NCBI GenBank assembly: GCA_010405405.1
Contig: MU004245.1
Coordinates: 375,256 to 439,255, forward strand
Direction: 5' to 3'
Length of the DNA stretch: 64,000 bases
From: Microthyrium microscopicum
Lineage: Eukaryota
Part shown: positions 49,554 through 61,185 of the stretch, piece by piece
Layout: every line of letters begins with the position of its first letter
How positions within the stretch are numbered: position 1 is the first letter of the stretch
Made by a program: the position numbers and the translations under genes
Notes under the pieces: model-generated
Seen by the model: only the letters and a program-made list of their open reading frames with translations
Databases searched by the model: none
What the model was told of the DNA's origin: nothing

Positions 49554-51460
49554 ATGTCTTACTTTCCCGGCCAGCAAGGCTATCACGGCGGTGGACAACC
49601 GCCCCCAAACGGCGGATGGCAGCAACAACCACCACAGGGCTACCCGCCTCAAGGAGGCTATCCGTAAGCTTCCATACATGCCCATGTAACAACAACATCC
49701 TTTGCTAACCTAAATCTTTTCTCTAGTCCTCAAGGCTATTCGCAACCTCCTCCTCAACCCTATTACGGCAACGCCCCTCCTGCTCCTCAATACGGTGGTT
49801 ATCAACAGGTCCGACATTCGTACGACATCATACACACATTCGCTAACGTCCTTGAAGGGTCCTCCTCAACCTCAGTACGGTGGTCATTCTCCCCGCCCTT
49901 ATCCTAGTCCTGGTCCAGGTATTTATTCTTAATCTCCCAGTATGTCTAAAAGAAAACATCCTCATAGAAGTTTGCAGCCCTCCCTTCAGCACAGCACAAT
50001 GCTTATGTACAAGGAAATCATAATGCGCCCCCTCCCCCACCAAACAACGCCGTATCGTTCGGTCATGGCGCGCCGAGCGACTACAAATTCCAGTATTCCA
50101 ATTGTTCGGGTCGACGGAAAGCACTTCTTATCGGTATCAACTACTTTGGTCAGCGTGGTCAACTTCGCGGATGTATAAACGATGTCAAAAATATGAGCGG
50201 ATATCTTAACAGTCACTTTGGATACAAGAGAGAGGACATGGTACTCCTCACCGATGATCAACAGAATCCAATGAGTCAACCTACCAAAGCCAACATCCTT
50301 CGTGCCATGCACTGGCTGGTCAAAGATGCTCGACCAAACGATTCGCTCTTCTTCCACTATTCTGGTAAGGCTTCTAACAAATGGCAAAGCCACAGCTCTA
50401 ACTGTATTAGGTCACGGTGGTCAAACACCCGATCTAGATGGCGACGAAGAGGATGGTTATGATGAAGTCATCTACCCTGTGGATTTTAGAACAAATGGAC
50501 ACATTGTCGATGACGAAATGCATAAAATCATGTAGGCAAAAGCCTCGGTCTCTAAATGATCTTGCTAATCGAATTTTTAGGGTCCAAGGTCTTCAACCTG
50601 GTGTAAGGTTGACAGCAATTTTCGATTCCTGTCACTCTGGATCTGCGCTCGATCTGCCATACATCTACTCCACACAAGGCATGCTCAAAGAGCCAAACTT
50701 GGCGAAAGAAGCCGGACAAGGTCTGCTTGGTATCGTATCTTCCTATGCTCGTGGAGATTTGGCCGGAATGGCTACCAGCGCTTTCGGTTTGGCCAAGAAG
50801 GCTTTCAAAGGCGACGATGTGTATCAAAAGAACCTCCGAACAAAAACTTCTCCCGCAGATGTTATCATGTGGAGTGGCAGCAAAGACTCCCAGACCTCGT
50901 ATGTTTTCCCTGATAATCAACCCTTTCTCCCGGTGACCAGTGCGGAGGAGATGAATTTGCTCTGGCGGAATCAATATGCGCTTCAAAGAACAGCCTTCTG
51001 AACGCATATTTGATGCTTTACGGCTTCACGATTTATGATATAAAGTTCATGTACTATAGCAATTGAGTTTATACCTGCCTTGAAGGCGAATGATTTGGCT
51101 AGCAATCCTGCAGCCAGCATTCGTCTTCAGGGCAATGAGGCACGTTGGGTCTACTGGTCCAAGACGACTCACGACTGACTTCTTTCGAATTTCTGCTAAC
51201 TTTTCAACAGAGCTGATGCCTCTATTGCTGGTCAAGCTACGGGTGCCATGTCTTGGGCTTTCATTAATGCATTGAAAAAGAACCCACAGCAGAGTTATGT
51301 TCAGCTACTCAACAGCATCCGCACCGAACTTGAGGGCAAATATGACCAAAAACCACAGCTCAGCTGCAGTCATCCTCTTGGTAGGCGTTCTCATAAATTG
51401 TTTTCAGCTAGAGTAGGCAGCTAACAACGTGCAGATACCAACCTCCTTTATGTCATGTAA
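49554..51460 (+). CDS. MCA1: Type I metacaspase with a Pro/Gln/Tyr/Gly-rich prodomain
   Basis: [25 protein letters not shown] (catalytic His), AIFDSCHSG (catalytic Cys), [26 protein letters not shown] and [18 protein letters not shown]. Confidence 0.96.
50899..51210 (+). other. Long structured intron in MCA1 (candidate cis-regulatory RNA or intronic ncRNA)
   Basis: 312 nt, versus about 45-75 nt for the other MCA1 introns. Consecutive stems at 50970-51014, 51039-51073, 51076-51134 (17-bp stem plus inner stem) and 51143-51173. Confidence 0.55.
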
Positions 51461-51939
51461 ACGCCCGTCTAGACATCTTTACGACAGTTTATGCAAAGAT
51501 GGAAGAAACCAGATAACGATCTCGTTGTACATATACCCTCGGTCGCTCTCCACAATGAACGTCGTGTTCTCCTTTGGGTGGCGTTCAGGATCAGGTTCGT
51601 GGTATGGGAGGATTAATCATTATGCACCTAGGTTTTGGGATTGTTCATTCAGGCATCATGTTCGCTCCTCATGCGGCTAAAACACTTCTCATTGCTTAAA
51701 ACTATATTTTGCAACATGCGCATTGCTATTGCAGATGGTTTAGCAATTACATCTATATCCTAATACCCGCTGGCAGAGTTTGATGAGAGGTGATTGTTTC
51801 TATTCAGTGATATGCTAATGTTACAGAATGCCACTTCTACTTGTCCATCAATTATGCGAGGCAGTGGCTTCCAATGAAGGGAGTCTATCAGTCCGCAGAC
51901 GTGCCTGGAATCAGTGTCTTCTATTGTCTCCGGTTCGCA

Positions 51940-53379
51940 TCAAGCTCTCCATCTTGGCGCTCTAAGATCTACAGATTCAATCCTCACCCATAAGACAGCA
52001 ACGGCCGCACCCGCCATAAGAGTACCAACCATAGTGCTCAGCTTCTCATACCCCATCGACGCAGATCCAGGTCCATCACGCAACAATGCACCTGCCGTCG
52101 GCGTCCCAATCAAGCTTCCAAATCCTCTCAACATATACAGCACCCCATTGACGCTCGAAAAGTTCTGTACTCCAAAGAGCTCTACCAATGCAATGGGAAA
52201 CAGTGAAATGTAGGCGCCAGCGAAGATGCCGTACGTGATAGCAAACATTGCAAACAGGATTCTGGCCTTTTCCTCGCCTGCGGTCAGTGTCGAAGGCAAC
52301 CACAATCCCAGCGCCGTCACCGCACTAAGCACCGTACAAAATGCCAACGTATTCAACCGTCCAAACCGATCCGCCAAATGTCCAATCACGACCTTTCCCA
52401 CCGCACTCGCCGCATTGCTCATCGCAATGAAATTCGCCCCTGATGCCGCACTATACCCCAACACACGCGAATAAGCACTAAAGAAGTAAATCGGCGTATA
52501 ATACGCCGCCGCCTGCAACACACACCCCAACGCCTGCGCCGCAAACTTACGACTCCTCACAAGATGCCAATTCACCAACGGAATCCTCATCCTCCTTAGG
52601 CCAGTCCGCCCCGCAAGTTCAACTCTATTCCGCTGCAGCGTAGCAGCATCCCACTTCATCGCAAAACTAGCGCCCGCAATCAACACAAAGCCCACACCAG
52701 CCAGCACCCTTAACCCATTTCGAAAGCCAAAACTATCGTTCATCAGCCGTATAACCGGCGCCCAAAACACACCACCCACCCCCGTCCCCGCCAAAACCAC
52801 ACCCATCGCTAACCCCCGCCGCTGGTCAAACCAGCCCGGCGCAACAGTCACGGCGGGTATATAAGCCGCACACGTACCAATACCCAACAACACGCCCTGC
52901 GTGACCAAGAAGCCCGTCAAACTAGTCGCATAGCTGGCAAGCAATAGACCTAGCGCAAAGAGAAATGCGCCAAGCAGCGTGATAGTTCGCGGACTAAACG
53001 CCTTGCAGCCAGCGGCCGCGAGGGGCGCGAACATGGTCATTAGGGACACGCCTAAGGTGCCGATGAGGTCGATGGTGGCGGGAGAGGCATTGGCGAATGG
53101 TGATGGGTTGGATGGGGTGGAGGTGTCGGCGAGGGATTGGTAGAGTTCTTGGTAGACGCCAAAGGCAAAGTTTATGCCGCAGCCGGTGAAGGTTAGGGTG
53201 AATGAGGCTGCGACTATGAGGATTGAGTTTAGTTTTGGGGAGGGTTGGATTGCTGGGAGGATCGAGTGGATTGGTTGGGACCTTGCTCTTTCTATGTCGG
53301 TTGGGGGAGGTTGTGATGGGTAGGGTGATAGTTGGATTTCGTGATGGCTTGTTGTTTGGGTTATGGTGGTTGTCGCCAT
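51940..53379 (-). CDS. MFS transporter, monocarboxylate porter (MCT-like) family
   Basis: Intronless 479 aa ORF with GINFAFGVYQ, WFDQRRGLAMG and GHLADRFGRLN; about 12 hydrophobic segments. Confidence 0.9.
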   Translation of the reverse strand: MATTTITQTTSHHEIQLSPYPSQPPPTDIERARSQPIHSILPAIQPSPKLNSILIVAASFTLTFTGCGINFAFGVYQELYQSLADTSTPSNPSPFANASPATIDLIGTLGVSLMTMFAPLAAAGCKAFSPRTITLLGAFLFALGLLLASYATSLTGFLVTQGVLLGIGTCAAYIPAVTVAPGWFDQRRGLAMGVVLAGTGVGGVFWAPVIRLMNDSFGFRNGLRVLAGVGFVLIAGASFAMKWDAATLQRNRVELAGRTGLRRMRIPLVNWHLVRSRKFAAQALGCVLQAAAYYTPIYFFSAYSRVLGYSAASGANFIAMSNAASAVGKVVIGHLADRFGRLNTLAFCTVLSAVTALGLWLPSTLTAGEEKARILFAMFAITYGIFAGAYISLFPIALVELFGVQNFSSVNGVLYMLRGFGSLIGTPTAGALLRDGPGSASMGYEKLSTMVGTLMAGAAVAVLWVRIESVDLRAPRWRA

Positions 53380-54179
53380 TTTGGTTTTGAGTTTGATCTT
53401 TTCTTGGTATGGACCGACGTTTACAGTTCTATGTAGTAATTGTGGGACTGGCTTTCTAAGTAGTAAGTTTTATACCTTCAAATGGCACTTGATCTACGGA
53501 AAGTTAGTCATAGTCGGTTAAGTATTACCCGGCTTGATCCGAAGCAATAGAAATGTAAGAGGGGAAGTTAGGAACAAGTGGAGCTCCAAAAGTCAACACC
53601 ATCTTTCCAACTTCACGATACACTCTGTTTACTCTCCCAACAATGCATCTTCAGCATAAGGCTACCCAGCCGGACTTGACACTTGTGGCTCAAGCTTCAG
53701 GTCCAAATTGCAACTCTAAATATAGCATCTTCAGGCCTGACGATCAGAGCGTAAGCAGCCAATGACGTTGCCGTTGCTGTCATCTTTGAAAGGGACTTCA
53801 GTTCCCCTTTCGACGAGTTATGAAACCTTTGTTCAAGAATAGTTCTAGAAAGAGTAGAACATATCTATGGACTTCATAGTTCATACTGATAATCATTAAT
53901 CTTCCCAGAATGTAGAAGATTCGGGCCGCACCAGTTTTTCGGCGCAATTGCCTCTTCCAGGGTCTATAACTTTATATCGGATTTCACATATTACACAGCC
54001 CTTTGATCATTTCAATTCACCAAAGCACTGGCCTGAAATCGGCAGTGTATCTTATTTGTCCCGATATCTCAGATCACCGAGACTGGAAGATTTTATTCAA
54101 ATATAACCGACGTATTTGCACCGACACTCGCTCTCTCTACGTCCTATCCAATAAATCTCCTATAAGCGCCCACTACACC

Positions 54180-54899
54180 ATGAAGATGGGCTTCCGGACC
54201 CTCTCCCTCCTCGGTCTTCACCTTCTCTCCACCAGCGCCCTCCAAATCGCCAACATAGGCTCCTCCTACGCCGCCGGCCCCGGCATCCCTTCAAACCCAG
54301 GCAATTATGCCCACATCCTCGCATCGCGCCTCAATGCCTCCCTCGCCGACATTGCAGTCTCCGGCTCCACGCTCTCCGGCATTGCCCCACAAATCGCAAA
54401 GATCCCCACCACTTCTGACATAGTCCTCATAACATCCGGCGGCAACGATCTCAACTATGTCGGCAGTCTATCCATGGACAGCAACGCATCCAACCTAAGC
54501 GAAACTCAACTCGCAGACAGATACGCCAACGTCCTCTCCAAGATAAACGCACGCGCGCCAAAAGCCACTATCTATGTAGCAGAGTACTTGACGATACTAG
54601 GGCCGGATGCGCAGGCTGGTGCCGCGACGTTTAGTGCGAGTAGATTGAAATATCACCAAGGAACGTTTGATACGCTGGAGAAAGCGACGGCGGCTGCTGC
54701 GGCGAAGAGTAAGGCGTTTGCGGTGTTGGTGCCTGTGTCGAAGGCGAGTGAGGGCCATGGATTGGGATCGAGTGTGCCGTGGGCGAATGGACGGAGTGTT
54801 CCGGCTGGGGCGGGTGGAGTGGCGTGGCATCCTAATACGGCGGGGATGAAGGCTGTTGCGGAGATGATTTATGGGAAGGTTAAGGAGCGTTCTTCGTAG
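54180..54899 (+). CDS. Secreted SGNH/GDSL hydrolase
   Basis: Signal-peptide-like MKMGFRTLSLLGLHLLSTSA; block I IGSSYAAG, block II AVSGST, block III GGNDL, block V WHPN. Confidence 0.85.
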   Translation: MKMGFRTLSLLGLHLLSTSALQIANIGSSYAAGPGIPSNPGNYAHILASRLNASLADIAVSGSTLSGIAPQIAKIPTTSDIVLITSGGNDLNYVGSLSMDSNASNLSETQLADRYANVLSKINARAPKATIYVAEYLTILGPDAQAGAATFSASRLKYHQGTFDTLEKATAAAAAKSKAFAVLVPVSKASEGHGLGSSVPWANGRSVPAGAGGVAWHPNTAGMKAVAEMIYGKVKERSS

Positions 54900-55490
54900 A
54901 CTTGGTTTAGCCGAGTTGTCATTTTGTACAAGACGGTGTAGCTATCAGCCAATTGTAATTGGGATTATATGTAGATCCCTCCTGTAAGATTCATAATCAA
55001 ACAACTTTTTCAAAGACAGGTTGAAGGGAGGAGTACTGCCCGGCAAGGCGTGAAGAATCAATCAACAGAAACTGCTCTATATCTGCGCATACTGTACTTC
55101 CATACACGATGCCTACTCAGTGGTCTCTCGCTCACTGGTATCGTCAAAATGCTCTCCATCTATATGCTTCACTTTCAAGAGTGCGCATATTTGACCTGTG
55201 ATCCGGCGATTTCAATCACTGAAGCTAGAGAACGGTCACTGCGGATTAGCTCGACTACGCAGTCACTAGTCCGCACATATTCTATTCCAACGATTGGAAC
55301 AGTCACTTCCCTTCGTCTATTTCATGATGAATACGGCGCGAAGCATCTTTTGAGTGACAGAAATCATAGTAACTCGTGGTAGAATTTCTTCGATATCATG
55401 TAGTTGTAATTCATAGCTGGATTGTGCCTGCAAACCACATCAAACTGTCTCTCAAACAAACACATATATGTCTCGTTATTTGTCTTCCCT

Positions 55491-56087
55491 ATGACGGACC
55501 CAAAATACTGTTCCTATGAAGTACTGAGTTGTGACTGTGCCAAATTCAGGTATGCGCGCCACGATGAGACAAAACCAGATGCATGGATGCTGTACAGTTA
55601 CCGATACCCGCAAATCAAGAGACAACATATCAAAGGACGAGATGTTGATATCTTGATGGTCAGTAGAAGATGCTATTCGCAAGGGAAAAGTCACATCGAA
55701 AACAACGTTATGAGCAAACAGAGACGTCGGACTGAAGACATTGACTTACGAGACGCTGCTATTCTGGGCTCATTTCTTTCTTTGATGCAGGACACTTCTG
55801 CAATCAAAAGACCAAAAGATGATACAGTGGTTATTGAGGCTGGCGCTGGTATCCAGGACACACACTATCCCTTGGGGTTTGACGAGGATTATTTCAACGA
55901 TACTCAATTGATTATCGGTTGTGTGAGCACGGTATGTTTTCTGGCTACACCTGCTTAGAATATTGGAAACCTAACGAAGAGAAAGTATGTCAATAGAAAA
56001 TTCAATCTACACTCAGGCTCGGGGGACCAAACCATTGTTCAGATGTGGAAGGATGAACATCCTAGAGAAGCTAAATCTTCAAGATGA
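55491..56087 (+). CDS. Hypothetical protein, tandem paralog A (about 180 aa)
   Basis: ORF with one predicted intron (55932-55985); aligns over its length with the gene at 56416-56996. Confidence 0.75.
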
Positions 56088-56415
56088 TCAAACGGATTAT
56101 TTTCATCACTAAGGTTGAATGTGTTGATTGTAGGTTTGCCTGATCGTCAATTGACCAAAGTTCGCTAATTCACATATTGCCGTTCAAACGAATGGATCAA
56201 TCGCTTCAAACCCAACTGCGATTATGCTGTGAAGTAATTCCATTGATAAGTAGTATATAGAACTACGAGATCTGTCTCTATATTCCTCAATATCATGCTA
56301 CAGATATCCAAAGCCGGACTTTGTTCATATCCAATCACCAAATCACCACTTCCGAGGAGTTCTTATTTCGAGATTGCTTCTGAGCCGCCGGATATCTTCC
56401 AGATATTTTGGTATC

Positions 56416-56996
56416 ATGGGTCAGGTTCATGCTGGCTACTGCTACTACGAAGTGCTGAAGTGCGATTGTGTCAAGTTTATGAAAGCACATCCACGTCCTG
56501 GATCGAAATCCGACAGCTGGCTGTCTTACCACTACGAATTGCCTGAGATCAAACCGCTAGAAAACATGGCAATAGAAGATACCAATTTCTTGATTATCAG
56601 CAGAACGTGCAAAATGCAGGGCCGCAACCATGTGAATGACAGGATCTCGAGGATCAAGGCGGTTGAGCACTGCAATGCAGAAGACAACGCTGCACTGGGC
56701 GCTTTTCTTGGTCTGATGCAATACACCTCTGCGATTAGGAAAGGTCATACACCGTTGATCAAAGCTGGCCACAAAGTTCAAGAGACACACTACCCCTTTG
56801 GATTCGATAAAGACTACTTCGAGGACACATTTGTGATGCTGAACTGCCTACATACAGTACGTTTCGTGTCTATACAGCGAAGTCACTCTCTTTACTAATG
56901 AATGTCAAGTATGTGCCAGCAAGTATGGATCCAAACCCTGATAGCAAGACTATCTTGGATAAATGGACGGAAATGTATCCTAGAAAGGCACCATGA
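56416..56996 (+). CDS. Hypothetical protein, tandem paralog B (about 175 aa)
   Basis: Shares YC.YEVL.CDC.KF, A.LG.FL.LMQ.TSAI and Q.THYP.GFD.DYF.DT with paralog A, and the same intron position (56857-56909). Confidence 0.75.
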
Positions 56997-58654
56997 AGGT
57001 CGGTACTATTCTTCTACTGATCGCCAGTCGCACATCTGTTCAGAAATTAGACTTAATGATTCTTGGATAATTCTCATATGCAATTAAAGGTATTCGCGAG
57101 ATTTAAGATACTTGTTGAAATGGTTGAGCTTCAATCATATGAGGCTCTGGTTAGGCAAAGTTAATGCAATGGAGATTTTAGTTCTAAAATTTTCTCTGAT
57201 AATCAAGCGATCATTGAGATAAATTTGGTCAGGCGTACATGCGAAGAAAAGAACTGTCATTGATACTACCTTGAAGATGATGTAAGTATCAGATTCTTCC
57301 CAAGATAAACCGAATGTCTAGCTCGAGGTAGACCCATGTGATGATCAAGGGGTCATACATCGAAAAGAGTTTCTTCCCATCCTAAAGTGGCTGGTGATAA
57401 GGCTGTCCCATCCGTTTTTGGTCAACCTACTAGCATAGCCTTGTCAATATATGATCATGTATACCTCTACCAAGACAGGCATACCCTACATAGTTCACAA
57501 GATCCGCTAGGAAACCAGCCTTCCTTCCTACTCGTATCTCTGAGGGATGTAACATCCTGGTCTGCATATAGTGAACAGTGAAGGATGCGGTTCTTCTCAG
57601 CCTAAAAGCATACTTTTGCGGAGTGTTTGAACGCACGTTTTCCCCTCGTGTATGTTGAATGTTCAATGATAGGCTATTTGACATCATCGAGGTTCTCTTC
57701 CTTCTTCCTATCGCAAATATCTTCTGGCCCATCGCAAGACCATCCGATGTTGTTTCTAAATTGATATTTGTTCCCCATAACCAGGTTCTCAAACGGTCAT
57801 CAACTGCTGACCAGTCTTTCGGAGTTGTCTCCTTCTATATTCTATTGTTTCCCCGCAGTTCCGCAACTGCGGTGTAGGTCAAAGGTTCACGTAGTTTGTA
57901 TTGAATGGCTACAGGGCTGACAGGCCCGACACTACCGGAAAAATGTGACGGTCTCAAATGACTATGTTACGACTCGTTGCAACAGTTACTTCGCGTATCA
58001 CTATGGACCAGCCTCTTCAATTACTTCTCAAATTCCAGAATTGAATATTGTTCATTGTTTAGTCGGATTCAACATAGATTGTATCTCAAGTTTTATGTTT
58101 ATATGATATTGTGTATACATGTGAAAGGGCACTCCATTCTTTCATCACTGTTCGTCTGGATATGCCTGTACCGGCCCTTGCAGAGATTCCGAGCCATGTG
58201 CTAACATCCTATTTCCTGGAGTCGCTGTATGTGCCTCCCAATACCAAGCTTTGATCTACCAGATCTACCCATGGTCAAAACTCATCCTGCAAATCCTTGT
58301 TCCTGAAAATAGTGGCACAGCCATTGGAGGAATGGACAACTGCCCGTTATAGCTAGCACAGCCAAAAGAAACTGTCGAATAAGCTTCAGTCATACTCGCA
58401 CACGCATCAGACTGTCGCTGACTTGGAAGCTCATGCCCTTGGAGCAGGAAAAGAGGAGTCGTCACTGCTTTTCTTCACCTTGTAACCTAGTTGTAGTACA
58501 CAATTCAAGTTTAGATCTCTTGGAAGATCCTCCATGGCCAGATCGAGTTTCATGTGCGGCGCTGTTATCAGATATTAAGGTCCGGGAAGCCCAAAACCTT
58601 TTCATTAATCATAGCATCAATTTAATATACAACCATACAGCAATCGAGTTTACA

Positions 58655-60632
58655 ATGAAAGACTTCAGGGGACTATTGCTTAGCGCCATAATTGGCTTGA
58701 CGACTGCCGCTCCTACCCCATCACATTCTGGTATGTACCTCCAGGATAATATATTGCGTTAATTTCATTCTAATGGTTGATAGCTCGGTCTAGAAATGTA
58801 ACAATAGATCATGCTACAGGCCTTCCAATAGTCGACCTTGGATACCAATTACACAGAGCTTTAGTTTTCAACGTAAGTAAATACCTCGCCTACCAGGAGG
58901 AAGACATTTACTGAACTATACGCAGGAGACAGGAGATTACTATAACTTCACCAACATCAGATACGCGGCATCACCAACAGGCGACTTGCGATTTAGAGAG
59001 CCACAATCTCCAAGAGTAAACAGAACACACATCGACGATGGACATATTGAGCGCGTCTGCCCTCAAAGTTATCCTCTTTGGGAAGATACGTCAACAGAAT
59101 TCGTAATCAAATACCTCTCTGGCGGATATGCCAACGAAACGTCGGCTGCACGCTCGAAAAGACAAGCGCCGCCACTACATTCAAGAGAAACCGAAGATTG
59201 CTTATTCCTAGATATTGCTGTTCCAAAACCGGTTTTTGAAAACGCTGGCAACGATGATGGCGTTCCTGTTTTAGGTAAGTTTTTGAATCTTTGCATCTGA
59301 ATTTGTACTTACAAAGTGTTCTAGTATGGATCTTTGGTGGTGGTTACATTGGAGGAGACAAGTCAGGATCTACCAGTGGAAGCCCCGCTGGTATGCTGAA
59401 GAGAGCCGACAACGGTATCATATACGTTGCTATCAATTATCGCCTTGGTGCTTTCGGATGGTTGGGTGGAGAGACCTATGAAAACAGTGATGGAGTACCC
59501 AATCTGGGATTCTATGACCAGAGATTTGCACTCCAATGGGTTCAAGATCACATCGCCGGTATGTCAGACGTTTCCTGTAGTTGTATTTGAGACTAATCAG
59601 TGTACAGAATTCGGTGGGGACCCTGATAGAGTCACTGTCATGGGTGAATCTTCTGGAGCAAGCGGTATCTTGCACCAAATCACCGCATTTGGTGGCGATG
59701 CGGACACCTTGTTCTCTCAAGCAATCGTTCAATCGCCCGGTTTTCTCCCAATGGTGCAACCTCAAAAACTCGAAGACAACTTACAAACTTTCCTCAACCT
59801 GTCCGGCGTCTCAAGCATAGAAGAAGCTCGCAAGCTTCCTTCAGAAAAGCTCGTTGCAGCCAACTTCCAAATGGTTACATATTCATCATATGGTAGCTTC
59901 ACCTTTGGCCCAACCATTGACCACAACTTCGTGCAGACCCTACCAGCATTGGCCTTGAAGAATGGTGACTTTGATGACGATATCAGACTGCTGATCGGCC
60001 ACAACTCTGACGAAGGTCTAATATTCGCAAGCGCAAGCACAGTCAACGCCTCTGTATTCCCCATCAATGTCGTGGCGTCCGCTCCTACTCTATCCCAAGA
60101 AGACCTGGACTTTATCGACAACAAGCTATATCCTGCCGTATTCGATGGCTCAGCCGGCTGGCCAGACGACGTGATGCGCTCCGCCACCTTTGCCGCTGAC
60201 ATCGGCTTTCTCTGCAACGCCTACGCGCTAGGCAAGTACACCAAGGACGCATACATGTACGAGTTTGGCGTCTACCCAGCTCTCCACGGCACCGATATTC
60301 AATACACTTTCTACAACGGTCCTAGTACTCCTGGCAGTAATGCTGGTGCGACACCGACCAATTCAACATTAGCCAAGCGAGGGGTCAAAGAAATGACTAC
60401 GTACAACAAAGCCGCTGTCTCACTACAAGAGTGGATCACTTCATTCGCAATGACCGGCAAGCCATCCACGAGCCATCCTGAAGTGGCATTTCCATTATAT
60501 GGTGGCGACCAAAAGATCCTCAAGCTGGTAGACGATCAATCTGCGCCGGTGACGGCGAAAGACGACATTGTGGCGGACAGGTGTAATGCTTGGATAGATC
60601 GACTCTTTCCGGCATTGATCAAAGATCTTTGA
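58655..60632 (+). CDS. Secreted type-B carboxylesterase/lipase
   Basis: Signal peptide, LPIVDLGY, NIRYAA.P.GDLRF, EDCLFLDI, WIFGGGY, NYRLGAFG, FGGDPDRVTVMGESSG and HGTD; four predicted introns. Confidence 0.92.
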
Positions 60633-60873
60633 ATGCATTGATGATGGCGTTGGGACTAGGCATAGCGTTTTTTGAGATAACCATTTTAGCGAGCATATTT
60701 AACATATCATATATTAATCTTTAATTATACACTTCGCGCGTCTGTTTCCATATTTCATATCGTGTTATACAGCTTGCGGTCGTTCTCTGGGGATAGTCAG
60801 TACAATCACTTTGCGAAACTATAACGAAAAGAATTGACCAGGAAAAGTGCCCACCATTATTTTCTGCAATCAT

Positions 60874-61185
60874 TTACATGATCGTACACTGTATCTCAAA
60901 GCCACCGCCGAACAGAGCAGAAGGTCCTGCGCCAATCCTGATCCCGCTACTCTGCCCAAGAATCATCCTTGTCTGGCCTATGTCGTATGCTCCGCGCAGA
61001 TCACAGAATGGGCATATATGATTGTCTGGAACCTCGATTGTGCGAAATTTGCCATATCCAAATGTCACTGCCTGGTCTTGGAACATGGGGCAATTCATCA
61101 AGTTGTGGCCGTAGGCGCAAGGTTGTTGAAGCTGAAGCCATTGATGATTGCAGCTTTTCCGCTTAATTATGTATGCGTGGCACAT
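60874..61185 (-). CDS. Small Cys/His-rich hypothetical protein ending in a CAAX motif
   Basis: 103 aa with C..CxH..C..C..CxxC spacing; ends CTIM*. Confidence 0.65.
   Translation of the reverse strand: MCHAYIIKRKSCNHQWLQLQQPCAYGHNLMNCPMFQDQAVTFGYGKFRTIEVPDNHICPFCDLRGAYDIGQTRMILGQSSGIRIGAGPSALFGGGFEIQCTIM

Noticed and set aside
51088..51120. AUGA-containing hairpin resembling a SECIS element
   Set aside because: It lacks the paired GA quartet on the 3' arm and lies in an intron rather than a 3' UTR.
57380..57950. Coding-like minus-strand fragment (WSAVDDRLRTWLWG...)
   Set aside because: Possibly a gene relic, but it has stops, no assignable family and no similarity to the adjacent paralog pair.
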